DNA of 63,202 nucleotides, filler included, from Phoronis australis (taxonomy: Eukaryota > Animalia > Phoronida), in the NCBI GenBank assembly GCA_002633005.1. It is 9 parts of 9 records of this genome, joined end to end, with 100 filler letters (N's around TTAATTAATTAA, not from the genome) between each part and the next. Parts side by side here need not be neighbours in the genome. Positions count along the whole stretch, not along the records: positions 51,168 to 63,202 come from NMRA01001664.1; 8 more parts are not named here. One strand, given 5' to 3'. The position numbers and the translations under genes were made by a program. Under the pieces are notes generated by a model that searched no databases, was not told the origin of the DNA, and was given only the letters and a program-made list of their open reading frames with translations. Positions 52,771-63,202 of the stretch are shown here, in pieces (position 1 is the first letter of the stretch; each line of letters begins with the position of its first letter).

Positions 52771-54021
52771 GTATCTTCTATACAACTGTGAGGCATCAGG
52801 CCATAAAATTTTATTTGGTGGTTCTTGTGCAAAAATATTTCAGATTGCAAACCTTGAATGGTGGTACTTTAAAATAGCACAGCTCTTAGAGTTATATTAC
52901 ATCCGTCATTTCCGTCAATAATGGTCAGCGAATACGGAGCTTGATTGTGATTTAACCAACTGGCAGTTCAAAGGTCGTAAACGATACTTCCGAGTCTGTT
53001 AGTGGTAATCTGCTTCCTAAAATTTATTAGCTTGACTCTTCCGTTTTTTTGAACTTGTAAGAAATGTTCATCAACGCTGAAATTTTCTTGGCGAGTAAGA
53101 AAAACATCTATGAAAGTTATGGAAAATCACAGGCCAGTTTCGAGCAATTTCATTAAAACTTTAATAAGTGAAGTTTAGTACATGCTTTTGAAACGACATT
53201 TCCCTTATCAATGCACATCTCTACAAACGACATTTCTAACACATGGTCACCAGTCAGAATGGCTTGATTTGTCTCGACACCTGCTTTCTGGAAATTTATA
53301 CATTTACAGGTTGACATTTGATTCAGTTTACTTAGATATGTCAAAAAGACAACGTTTTAATTATGTTGAATGTGAAAAAATCGTATTTACGAACCCCTTA
53401 AAAATGGTCAACTCTTAGAATGCGAAATTTATTTGGAGTTCGAAATAAATAAATGCGTGTAAATTAAGCAAGTAAAAAATTTGAAAACTAAAATCATATC
53501 CTGTTATAAGTGTACTCTAGTTCGATGATATCCAGCGACCCCGGCAGAATTAGGATTTTGGAAAAAAATGCTTTCTTCCAACTAAACTTTAAGAACATTT
53601 TCATACAAAAGAATCATGTTCATTTTACACTGACGCAAAGAATAAAAATTGAGAACCCTATCAAAATAAAAATCTTTTCGAAGTCTAGCTAAACAAGAAT
53701 TAAAAAGGGTTCATGTGAGAAAACAAATCCTATACTGGGGATTTTGACGAAATTTCCAAGAGTTTTTGCCCATGTCATAAACCTGAGACTCGTGTAGGAT
53801 TCTCCGAGGCCATAAATTTGGTCTTTTGTTTCGGGTGATAGTTTTTTTGACACATTTATGGCTTCATTTTGTCAAGGCAGATCTGATTACTGTTCGCATC
53901 GATCTTATAGTTGAAAACCAATGCGATGCGATACAGTTATTGAATTTTTTCTCACCATTCAATAGTCAGGGCTGTTACTAGTGTATTTTGTAAACAGACC
54001 GAACACCTGCACGAATTACAA

Positions 54022-54151
54022 ATGGCTTCGATGTCAATTTGTCAAAGGATCGCTCTCTCCTGTATGTACCTATCCCTGGCTTGTTGTTATGTCGCTGCCT
54101 TGGTGACATCATCTACAACTTTCTCACCTTCATCTCAACGAGAGGTTACAG
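54022..54151 (+). CDS. Putative first coding exon with a signal-peptide-like sequence
   Basis: acaaATGG context; MASMSICQRIALSCMYLSLACCYVAALVTSSTTFSPSSQREVT; CAG|GTAATG phase-1 donor. Confidence 0.5.
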
Positions 54152-54829
54152 GTAATGAGTTGCTGATAATTTCCATGAGCTGAGAAGAAAATTTCTGAAC
54201 AAATCGTTTCGTTTCTTAAGAAAGAGAGCTTCAGTTTGAAATATTAAACGTGTAGTGGCCCTATGCTATGACTGCGACACTAAATTCCAGCTTTCTCGAC
54301 ACCAGTAGGCCTAAGTACGATCTGAAACCTAGCCTACGCGCGAATTTCAGTCATCCGGCCAATTAGTCTCCTATTTGTCAGTCTCATTATTTGCCGCATG
54401 GGTGAAATTCGCACATGCACAGAAATTTGAGACAACGAAAATACCTGTGGTACTTCAGATGAGGGATAATGCTAAGCTCGCTGGTTCCCTGCGTGCCGCA
54501 CGCGTGCTGGCTAGGCACGTACGGAACCAGCCAGGATGCTACGAAGCTACCACAGGCGTTCCGGATGGCCCTATTGATGTTTCATGTCTCGCATGGGCGA
54601 CATGCATAACACCAAGAAGGCATTGCCAAAGCGACCTTCACACTCAAATTGGCAAATGCCGTAGATGTGAGTCGGGATACCACTGTGATGATTAACTTAA
54701 ACAAGAGCTAAAAATTGTATATGATTGAGAATGACGTCGTGCATACAGAATTTTGAAACATACGGGAACGATGTTTTGTAAGCAAATGTTTGAAAAATCA
54801 AAATTACAGCGTTGATGTACCGCAATAAT

Positions 54830-55753
54830 CAAGGTACCTAAACTACACGGTCAACGGACTCAAAAACACGGGAACGGACGCATAAACACGACTCACGGAC
54901 CGGCAAACACCGTCCACGGACTCACAAACACGGGAACGGACTCACAAAACACGATCCACGCACCCAAATACACGGGACACGGACTCATATTCACGAGGAA
55001 ACACGGTTAACGGACCGCCAAACACGGTCAACGGACAAAATGTCAACTTCAGCGTTGACAGCTGTGAATTGGGTGCGAGATTAAATATATTTTTGATGTT
55101 ATTTTTGTATGTACTGTGATGTAATTGTTGTGTTTCGTTTAAAATGGAAGAGAACTCTTGAGTAAAGGCTTCTGGTAATATCTTTTCGTTGTTAACGCTC
55201 GCCATGCTGTTTATGCCTGTTTACAATAATGTTAATGCGCATTAAAAAGAACATAGAAAAGGATTATAGCATCATATAACTTGAAATATTTGTCTTATGT
55301 GAAAGTTAGCTCATTTTGTATTTTTGTATTAAAATCAAGCTTTTTAAGTGAAGGTATTGCCAAATAGTTGAAGATTAATCAATTCCCTCTCTGCGTAGTA
55401 ATAGTCACTATTTCGCGCTATTTACTTGGGAAGCATCCTCGTCCGCAAGCCTCAAGAGAGCGCTGATCGCTAAGCAGATTAACGCCATCTTGAGGCTGAC
55501 TCAGGAAGGCGGTGAGTCCGTGTCCCGTGTTTATGGCATGCTTTATCGGCGTGGATTGTGTTTGGCGGTCCGTTAACCGTGTTTCCTCGTGAATATGAGT
55601 CCGTGTCCCGTGTATTTGGGTGCGTGGATCGTGTTTTGTGAGTCCGTTCCCGTGTTTGTGAGTCCGTGGACGGTGTTTGCCGGTCCGTGAGTCGTGTTCA
55701 TGCGTCCGTTCCCGTGTTTTTGAGTCCGTTGACCGTGTAGTTTAGGTACCTTG
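54830..55753. mobile_element. Foldback-type element with near-perfect modular TIRs of about 195 bp
   Basis: 54830-55025 is inverted at 55558-55753; arms are built of roughly 21-bp ACACGG..ACGGACTCA subrepeats; no TSD identified. Confidence 0.8.
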
Positions 55754-55989
55754 GAAAATGGTCACCGTAATGGTCTGCTTTGAGATGGGATAATTTTCTT
55801 TCATCGTAATGAAAAGATTTGCGACATATTTTGTGTTTTTTGGTGTACAACATGGATTAAAACTCAGTGGACTGGAGGGATCATTGCGTCGACTAGAATA
55901 TGTGAAATTAATTTCTTGGGAATTATTAATTTGATTTGAAACAAACTTTTTTGATGGTTATCTATTGATGGACTGACAACGTTTTGTAG

Positions 55990-56245
55990 AGAAGCGACTG
56001 ACAGACCTGGCGGAGAAAGAAGAACTCCTTGCCAAGAGTCTGTTCAATGGATCGAGAGACAATTTGGAAAGAGACAGTAGGCTGCTGAAAAAAATGGGCG
56101 ATATATGCAGAGAGGGGTACGTTGACAAAGCTCCGTGGCAATTTCATTAAAGCATCTGCGCTCTACAATGCTGCTATTTTGCGAACCAAGCGATCAAAGG
56201 CCACTGAAAAAATCAAAGAGGCCATAAAAAGTTGCCTTTTGCGAG
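55990..56245 (+). pseudogene. Frameshifted 5' extension of the NTase-TPR ORF
   Basis: EKRLTDLAEKEELLAKSL...LKKMGDICRE / GTLTKLRGNFIKASALYNAAILR...KEAI / VAFCE-MLFLK joins the main ORF through two frame changes (about 56112 and 56228). Confidence 0.6.
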
Positions 56246-59062
56246 ATGCTGTTTCTAAAATGTGAAGAAACACCTTTAAATTACATTTCCAAAGTTCGAT
56301 ATAATCTAACTAATATTAGAGAGACGACGTCTCGCAGCGCGAACGTGTTAATGGATGAAATTCAGGCTAAATTTAGTGCAAATCTACCAGACAACGAGCG
56401 GATAGACATTGAAAAAGAATACGTTCGTGAGACAAGGCAATTGTTCGAAGACGTTAGTCACAAGGTGAGAGCCTTTTTCTGGAGTCTGATATCTACGTCA
56501 ATATCGATACTAGGACCACCACCTCAACAGTTTGCAGTGTTAGGATTAGGTTCTCTGGCTAGAGGTGAAACGACAACGTATTCCGACATTGAGTGGTGCA
56601 TTCTGGTTGAAGATGAAAGTAACATTGAATATTTTAGGAATTTGGTGGGACTGACCCATTTATTTGTTTTGAATTTAAGAGAAACTGTTTTGAAATCGAT
56701 GCAAATAAAATCATTGAACGACAACGACAAACCCGGAGGAAACTGGTTCAAAGATACAGTAACTCCCCGCGGTTTCCAGTTCGATAGCACAGCGCCACAT
56801 GCCTGCCACACACCGCTTGGTCGTCCAGATAGACCAATGAGGAAAGGAATCGAGTTAATTAGAACACCCCAACGTATGGCGCAACTTTGTGAATATAATA
56901 CAGCTCTGAAGGAAGGTTATGATATTGATCGCATATTAGTATCTGTCGTCAAAATTGGCGGGAGCAAAGGGGCGGATGGACTGATTGAAGAATTTAAATC
57001 CAACAGACGAAAACTGACGAAACTGAAAGCAGCGAGGTCTAAAGCTCACCATGACATGACGAAGGTGGTGAAAAGATATTTACCACACCTGAGTTTCGTC
57101 GGTGATGGGGATGTCTTCGACATTAAAGAAGGGATGTACAGGTTACCCAGCCTCGTAATCAATTTGTTTAAAACCGTTTACTCTTTAAACAGCAATACTC
57201 CGTGGGAAATTTTGGATGAAATGGTCACAGAGAGAATTATGGCAGAACAATCCGGACATAATCTAAGAGTCGCAATATCCATAGTAACACACTTACGGCT
57301 TGTGATGTACACCAACATGTCGCAGCAAAATGAACTCATGATCGTGCAACCACAGGACGTCTGGCCTCGACCAGAAAAGGTGTCGTCCGTTCAAGAAAGC
57401 AAATTGTTGCTCTTTAGATATTTCTGTACAGTCGTCCCTTTCGTCAACTGCATACTGCACGAATTTTCTATTCATAGTCCCGTTTGTACTTTTGAGCGTT
57501 TCTATACCTGCAACCAATACATAGAAGGTTTAATAGAAATCCGATCACTGTCATTCGAAAATGCTCTTAACAAGCTAGTCCGACATCTTGAAAACACATG
57601 GGCCGCCAAAACTTTAACGCAGGATTGTGGGATGTTCTGTGGAAGCTTTTACTTCAAAGGAAAACAAATTTTCTATGACGCCACTGATCCGTACACTATG
57701 TCGTGTTTGGTGAACTTGTGCGTTGCAAGTAGATCTCTGGGTTACCAGGAGCTTTTTAAGGATCTTTCGTCGAGGGTTCTGCAAATAAATGAAATGTTGG
57801 ATGTTTTCTATACGCAACATCTGGTATTCGGATACCAGTTCCTTGAATCGCGATCAACGTTTAGGGAAAGAGATTATCGGCAACTGTTACAAGAAACGAG
57901 AATGATAGGTTATTTGTTCCCCAGACCAACTGGTGAGAAAACACCTGTTGGTGACGTAATTGACGCTCAGTACACGTTTCTTGGTTACATGTATTTTAGA
58001 AATGACTTCGAGAAAGCAGCGCGGTATCTTGATATTTTTTTGCCATTGGTAAAAGCGATTTTCCCAACTCTTGGTACAGACTTAACACAGATGCTGTATG
58101 AGATCGGTTTTACAAAAGGAAGAGGAAGAAACATTACTATATTGAGATATCTTCATTGGTCACTTGATACATTATACCCGTGCATTCTGGGTAATGATTA
58201 TGATAGTGACGATCTCGTTCCGATTACATTAGGTATCATCTACCGGATTCACTTAAGAGAAAGGAATTACGATGCTGCTCGGATGTATATATTGAAGTCA
58301 ATTAAATTAACACTTAATAAACTAAACGACAAAAACAGTATGTCCGCTAGGAAATTAATAGACTCGAATACAATAGACTATTCTATAAAACTTTCAAAGC
58401 TCATCAGTGCTGCAAAGGATTGTCAAGCAGACACCATAGCGACACAGTTCCAAGAGTTTGGCTCAGAACTGGAGAAAAAACTTTCACTTGAAGACAGCGT
58501 TGTGACAAAATACATCGACGTTGCATATACCGACTACTTCACAGATAAGTTCAATCTGTCCTTGCAACATTTTTTCACAGCTCTTGATATGGTGCAATAC
58601 TGTTTAAATATATCCACGTGTAAAATAGATATTTTTAATGGCATAGCATTAGCTTACTTTATTACGAAGAGATATGATTTAGCGGTACACTACATGTTTA
58701 ATGCGCTAATTTACGAACCCGAAAATTCTGAACTCGGACATAGATATATTTATTTTTCTACTATATCTTCTAATATCAAAAAGGTAGTCCGACACAAAAG
58801 AGAAGAAATCGACAATCTTAGGTATAGTGTTATGCTTACCGCACTGTGTTTGTCTGTCCTTCTGTGTTTAGTTATATCCATCGCAAGTTCCGTCATGTTT
58901 CTTTGTTCGAAACGTGGTTACGGGTACATGACTTATCGGATGAGACTTTCAATCTTGAGCGATGTTTCCGGCATCTTCGTCATTTTTTACCTCGTATCAC
59001 TCATTGTTCACGAATGCACATTCACTCTCATGATATGCAAGTCCGCAATTGTCTTTATTTAA
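56246..59062 (+). CDS. GlnD/DUF294-like nucleotidyltransferase + helical domain + TPR-like repeats + C-terminal TM helices (938 aa)
   Basis: FAVLGLGSLARGETTTYSDIEWCILV (Pol-beta fold GS..DxE motif); FDIKEGMYR...TPWEILDEM...HLRLVMY helical domain; TPR-like segments (LGIIYRIHLRERNYDAARMYILKS, FNGIALAYFITKRYDLAVHYMFNAL); two to three hydrophobic helices at the C-terminus. Confidence 0.8.
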   Translation: MLFLKCEETPLNYISKVRYNLTNIRETTSRSANVLMDEIQAKFSANLPDNERIDIEKEYVRETRQLFEDVSHKVRAFFWSLISTSISILGPPPQQFAVLGLGSLARGETTTYSDIEWCILVEDESNIEYFRNLVGLTHLFVLNLRETVLKSMQIKSLNDNDKPGGNWFKDTVTPRGFQFDSTAPHACHTPLGRPDRPMRKGIELIRTPQRMAQLCEYNTALKEGYDIDRILVSVVKIGGSKGADGLIEEFKSNRRKLTKLKAARSKAHHDMTKVVKRYLPHLSFVGDGDVFDIKEGMYRLPSLVINLFKTVYSLNSNTPWEILDEMVTERIMAEQSGHNLRVAISIVTHLRLVMYTNMSQQNELMIVQPQDVWPRPEKVSSVQESKLLLFRYFCTVVPFVNCILHEFSIHSPVCTFERFYTCNQYIEGLIEIRSLSFENALNKLVRHLENTWAAKTLTQDCGMFCGSFYFKGKQIFYDATDPYTMSCLVNLCVASRSLGYQELFKDLSSRVLQINEMLDVFYTQHLVFGYQFLESRSTFRERDYRQLLQETRMIGYLFPRPTGEKTPVGDVIDAQYTFLGYMYFRNDFEKAARYLDIFLPLVKAIFPTLGTDLTQMLYEIGFTKGRGRNITILRYLHWSLDTLYPCILGNDYDSDDLVPITLGIIYRIHLRERNYDAARMYILKSIKLTLNKLNDKNSMSARKLIDSNTIDYSIKLSKLISAAKDCQADTIATQFQEFGSELEKKLSLEDSVVTKYIDVAYTDYFTDKFNLSLQHFFTALDMVQYCLNISTCKIDIFNGIALAYFITKRYDLAVHYMFNALIYEPENSELGHRYIYFSTISSNIKKVVRHKREEIDNLRYSVMLTALCLSVLLCLVISIASSVMFLCSKRGYGYMTYRMRLSILSDVSGIFVIFYLVSLIVHECTFTLMICKSAIVFI

Positions 59063-62000
59063 TCAGTACAATATTGGTTATTTACAAATCTGCGGGCGAT
59101 TTGGAACTCATTGTTCTTTCACGAGTGCTTACTTATTAGCTTTTATCGTTAATATTAAGCTACTGTGATTTGGAAAACACGAACTGTGCACACATTTACA
59201 CGTAGTGTTCTACACAAGTTTGTATTTTAACACCTTAAATAAATTTGACTTTTAAAGACTTTACAGTTAAGTTCTCAAGAAATGAGAAGAAGTAGCGCCA
59301 CGGAGTTCCTCGGTTAGTTTACGCCTTCTTGAGGAACAAATATGTATTCTCACATTACCGGCCTTATGTTTACTTACTGGCGCTACTTATCCAGAACAAT
59401 AACGCTAATTTGCAAATCCGGCGATTCGGAGCTCAGAAACTATGCTACGTCTGTGTCAAATTTTCACACCAAGTCAAAAACAAGCCAAAACACATGTTTC
59501 GTTAGAACATGACAGCGTTTTCCCGTTCAGTGACTTTACCAGACGTAGGCAGTTCTGAGCGTGTGATAACATCTAACTTCTTTGTTAGCTGCCTAGCGCA
59601 CTCTTTTGTCTGTTATGACAACAAGCAGGCCAATTATCTACCACGCTGATTATAGACCACGTGTGAACACAGTCAAACTCTGAGTGAATTGGTGTATTCG
59701 GAAAGAATAGGTTGTCATAACTTCAGTTGCAGTTGGGCGATTCAAAAACTAAACATGATCATCATTTGACGAAGATTTCAGAAATGCTTGTGTTTTATGT
59801 TCAAATATGTTATAATTCAAATTTTATTTTTAACACAGCCCAGTCAAGGTAGATACGATCTTATTGGAGGTTGGAGCAATTATCGAACTAAAGAGAGCTG
59901 GCCCTCCAACCATAAATGCCAGAATGGAGTTAAATCAGTCTTGTAAGATATTGGCTACAGGGGTAAACTTCCCAACTTGTTGTTGAATCGAACACTTGGG
60001 AGCAACGGGAAAACGCCGTAATGAATCAACGCAATGTACTGTTATTTTGGTCCTGATTATATTTCTTGTTCTACCAGCTTTATTCTCTTGAGGAATGTTT
60101 TTCTGCCTTCGTCAATTTCTTTGCAGCAATACTCTTATTCGTTACTGAGTCTTTGTTCTCATGTGGCTTAAGTGTCAACACTGGACGAATGACTCTGACG
60201 TAGGGCTAAGATTATAGTGACAACGACGTGGACCGATACGACAAATTATACTTTGCAACTGTATCCTGTGGTTTCTTGTGCCATTTAATCTGTCGATCCC
60301 ATATCGCCATGGTACTCTACCGCTGGGCCAAACACTGCTTCACAAGATGTCAACTTAGCTATTTGAAGCGGTTCAGTTTCACACATGAGTTCTCAGAGCA
60401 GGACCGGGTGCATCACTAATGAGAATATTTCTCTCGAGGCCTTGAACTGGAAATTGATGTCTGTCAAATAGCAAGGAGGTCTAGGCAGGACAAGGTGCAA
60501 GCCGACTGTAGCATATACGGCACAACTAGCGCTCTCTGTGTCTCCAACTTGAAACCTTTCAATTACGTCGTAATCCAACCCGTGCGCGTGCTTAAAGTCC
60601 TTCTCTCACGCGTTGTTAACCCTTATTACATGTTTAGAAGATGTTTTAAGGATCCAAGAAGTACCTACCCCATAACTAATACACGATCCGTACTCGAAAA
60701 CAGTTTAAATGAACGCGCCACTCACGATTCGCACCCGAAGAAACACCGCCATTTTGAACNNNNNNNNNNNNNNNNNNNNNNNNNNNNNNNNNNNNNNNNN
60801 NNNNNNNNNNNNNNNNNNNNNNNNNNNNNNNNNNNNNNNNNNNNNNNNNNNNNNNNNNNNNNNNNNNNNNNNNNNNNNNNNNNNNNNNNNNNNNNNNNNN
60901 NNNNNNNNNNNNNNNNNNNNNNNNNNNNNNNNNNNNNNNNNNNNNNNNNNNNNNNNNNNNNNNNNNNNNNNNNNNNNNNNNNNNNNNNNNNNNNNNNNNN
61001 NNNNNNNNNNNNNNNNNNNNNNNNNNNNNNNNNNNNNNNNNNNNNNNNNNNNNNNNNNNNNNNNNNNNNNNNNNNNNNNNNNNNNNNNNNNNNNNNNNNN
61101 NNNNNNNNNNNNNNNNNNNNNNNNNNNNNNNNNNNNNNNNNNNNNNNNNNNNNNNNNNNNNNNNNNNNNNNNNNNNNNNNNNNNNNNNNNNNNNNNNNNA
61201 CTTTTCGAGCAAGCCATAGCACATTCAGTTACAAGGAAAAAATGGCGGCGTTCAGGACAAGTTCCTGAACTGATGAGCCGGAAATGTGGGTACGGAAATA
61301 ACCGATGACAACCGGTAATCATACGCTCAGAGAAAAGGGTCAAATACGGTTGAAAAATCGCTTTTGGCAAGAAAGGCGAAAAGAATGTAAAGAAAGGGTG
61401 TCGAAAATAAGATTTTATGTAGTAAGTATTTTCGGATACTAGAACCACATGGGCAGTTTGCAACAAGGACTTTAACTCTTATCTGGTTAGAGTAATCTCC
61501 ACATGGAAGTATTTTTGACGAAAAACGCATGGCATGCTGAAATTTCGTCTGTCAAACCAGTTTCAAATGATCACTTGTCAAGTTGTCATTTTCTTTGTCA
61601 AAACATTTGATAACCGGGCTTGTTACTCATCAATCTCTTCAGCCGATAACCCGAGGTAATTCTAAGGCTTTTCCTTTCAGGTCTCGTAGAAAACATTTTT
61701 TAAAATACTCATCGCTGCATCAATCTAAGTTACATTTTCACAATATGAAAAGTGACTTAATTAATTCGTAAGTCAGAAATCGGGTCTTGTGCTCTACAGC
61801 ACTATTTCTGAAAAAAAACTCACTTGATCAAAGTCTGGAATCTCTGAGAATACGCAACACGTCTGTTACTTAAGTTTTTTTGGAAATGTCAAATGGGAGC
61901 GTAAGATACAATTCATGTCACTTTTCAGAAGCAGACCCGTGTTGATGAATATTCACTGTAACATGCTTTTCTGAACTGCTTTGACCCTACTCGCGAAATA

Positions 62001-63202
62001 TCGTCGATTTCCGAGACATGAACTAATTTGTAAGCATGCTCTTGCGTGCGATGTAATTGAGATACTACTTTTGTCATAGTAGTAAACCACACACACTCTT
62101 GTGCAACGTGAGAAGGTCAAATGTGGCTATTACACACCTGTGTTCCGTCCAAAATGAACATTTGGAATTTAGACCACTCACGTGGTCTTAACATCAATTG
62201 TTCCGTACTCAAATGAGAAGTCATTACTGGATTTGCAAAGAAATAATAGCTGCATTATGCGTTATGACTGTTGAAGCTAAAATGACACGCTGCGACAAGC
62301 TAACTTGTAGGGCCTGGTTTTAAGCAATAATGAACTGCTGTTTTTGGATATCCCTGAAATTTACCCAATTATTCTTACGAAGAAATTAATATTAGTTTCA
62401 TAACGATAAGGGTATTCAACCAGAAGCCATCAGATTATCTAGGTGTTGAAAGCTTACATACCGTTGTATTATACTTAGTCTGAAGACCGGTTGGTTGATC
62501 CCACGTGTAACGTGACCCTTAGAGCAAATGTGGTTTCAAGGCAGTTCGAGCACAATTAACATATGTTACAAGCTGTTATGTACCAGTAAGATACGCGCTG
62601 TTGCTCGCTATCGTGATAAGAGCTTGGTGCTAGTTAGAGGGCGCTAGTTGTGCCGTGCAGGTTCCTGACTAGTGTTGGCTTACGAGGTTAATGTAAAATA
62701 GAAGATACTGTCTCGATGGGTTTTGCCTAGAAGTGCGCATTTTACTGTGTCGAACACTCTATGAACAATGTGAAAAATGGTTAGTCGTTTCGATTTGGTT
62801 TAACGTCAAAATTCTAATTGGCAAGAAGTATACGTTTTAAGAAAGCCGGTATGTCAAGGGTGTTGTTTATATTTGTGATTTGTTGAATTGTACTGAGTAA
62901 CGAGAACTTTTGTAAAAAGTCTGGATTTTCTCTACCATTGGCAGCATTCGAACGTGTTGGAAATTTAGGTAAAAATGTGTATTTTCTCACAACTATTCTT
63001 TCCTACAACCCAGAGTTTATTACCATATTATACTTCATACAACCGCTAACGTGTTAATTGGTATCACGTGACTTATAAACCCAAGAGCCTGGGGATGTAT
63101 TGTTTGTAGTCTTTTTTGTTTTTGTATTGCACAAAGTGCCAGCTGTTTTTGCATTGACAAAAATGAATTTGTTTTTGTATTTGTATTCTTGAATAAAAGT
63201 CT

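Noticed and set aside
56246-59062. Bacterial contaminant explanation for the NTase ORF
   Set aside because: The same contig carries a transposon end shared with another contig and long non-coding flanks with no operon-like gene density; not formally excluded without read data
60495-61466. Long ORFs in several frames
   Set aside because: Artefacts of translating through the N gap 60760-61199
1-63202. Functional clustering of dynein, HYKK, DMXL, TSP1 and NTase genes
   Set aside because: They lie on different concatenated contigs, so adjacency is artificial

Overview
Animal (probably invertebrate) genomic DNA, AT-rich, intron-rich and dense in transposons. It is not one locus: nine separate contigs are joined by eight artificial 100-nt linkers (44 N + TTAATTAATTAA + 44 N), so neighbourhood across linkers is meaningless. 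Host exons recognised by manual splicing and translation: four exons of an axonemal dynein heavy chain (DNAH3-like), two exons of a hydroxylysine kinase-like gene, the first coding exon of a DmX-like gene (rabconnectin-3 alpha), a TSP1-domain exon, a transmembrane exon and an orphan exon. Mobile elements: Kolobok (THAP plus KolX/P2X7-ballast-like ORF), ISL2EU (SAP/YqaJ plus THAP remnants), an Academ XPG-CXC transposase, AcademH-like non-autonomous copies, a CACAG-terminated element, a Gypsy integrase with LTR, CR1/L2-like and L1/Tx1-like LINE fragments, Helentron-type elements and several MITEs. The most notable feature is an uninterrupted 938-codon ORF (56246-59062) combining a GlnD/DUF294-like nucleotidyltransferase, a helical substrate-binding domain, TPR-like repeats and C-terminal transmembrane helices, with a frameshifted 5' extension. 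It is a candidate membrane-anchored nucleotidylating sensor or enzyme of unknown function in an animal. All family assignments come from recalled motifs; no database search was run.
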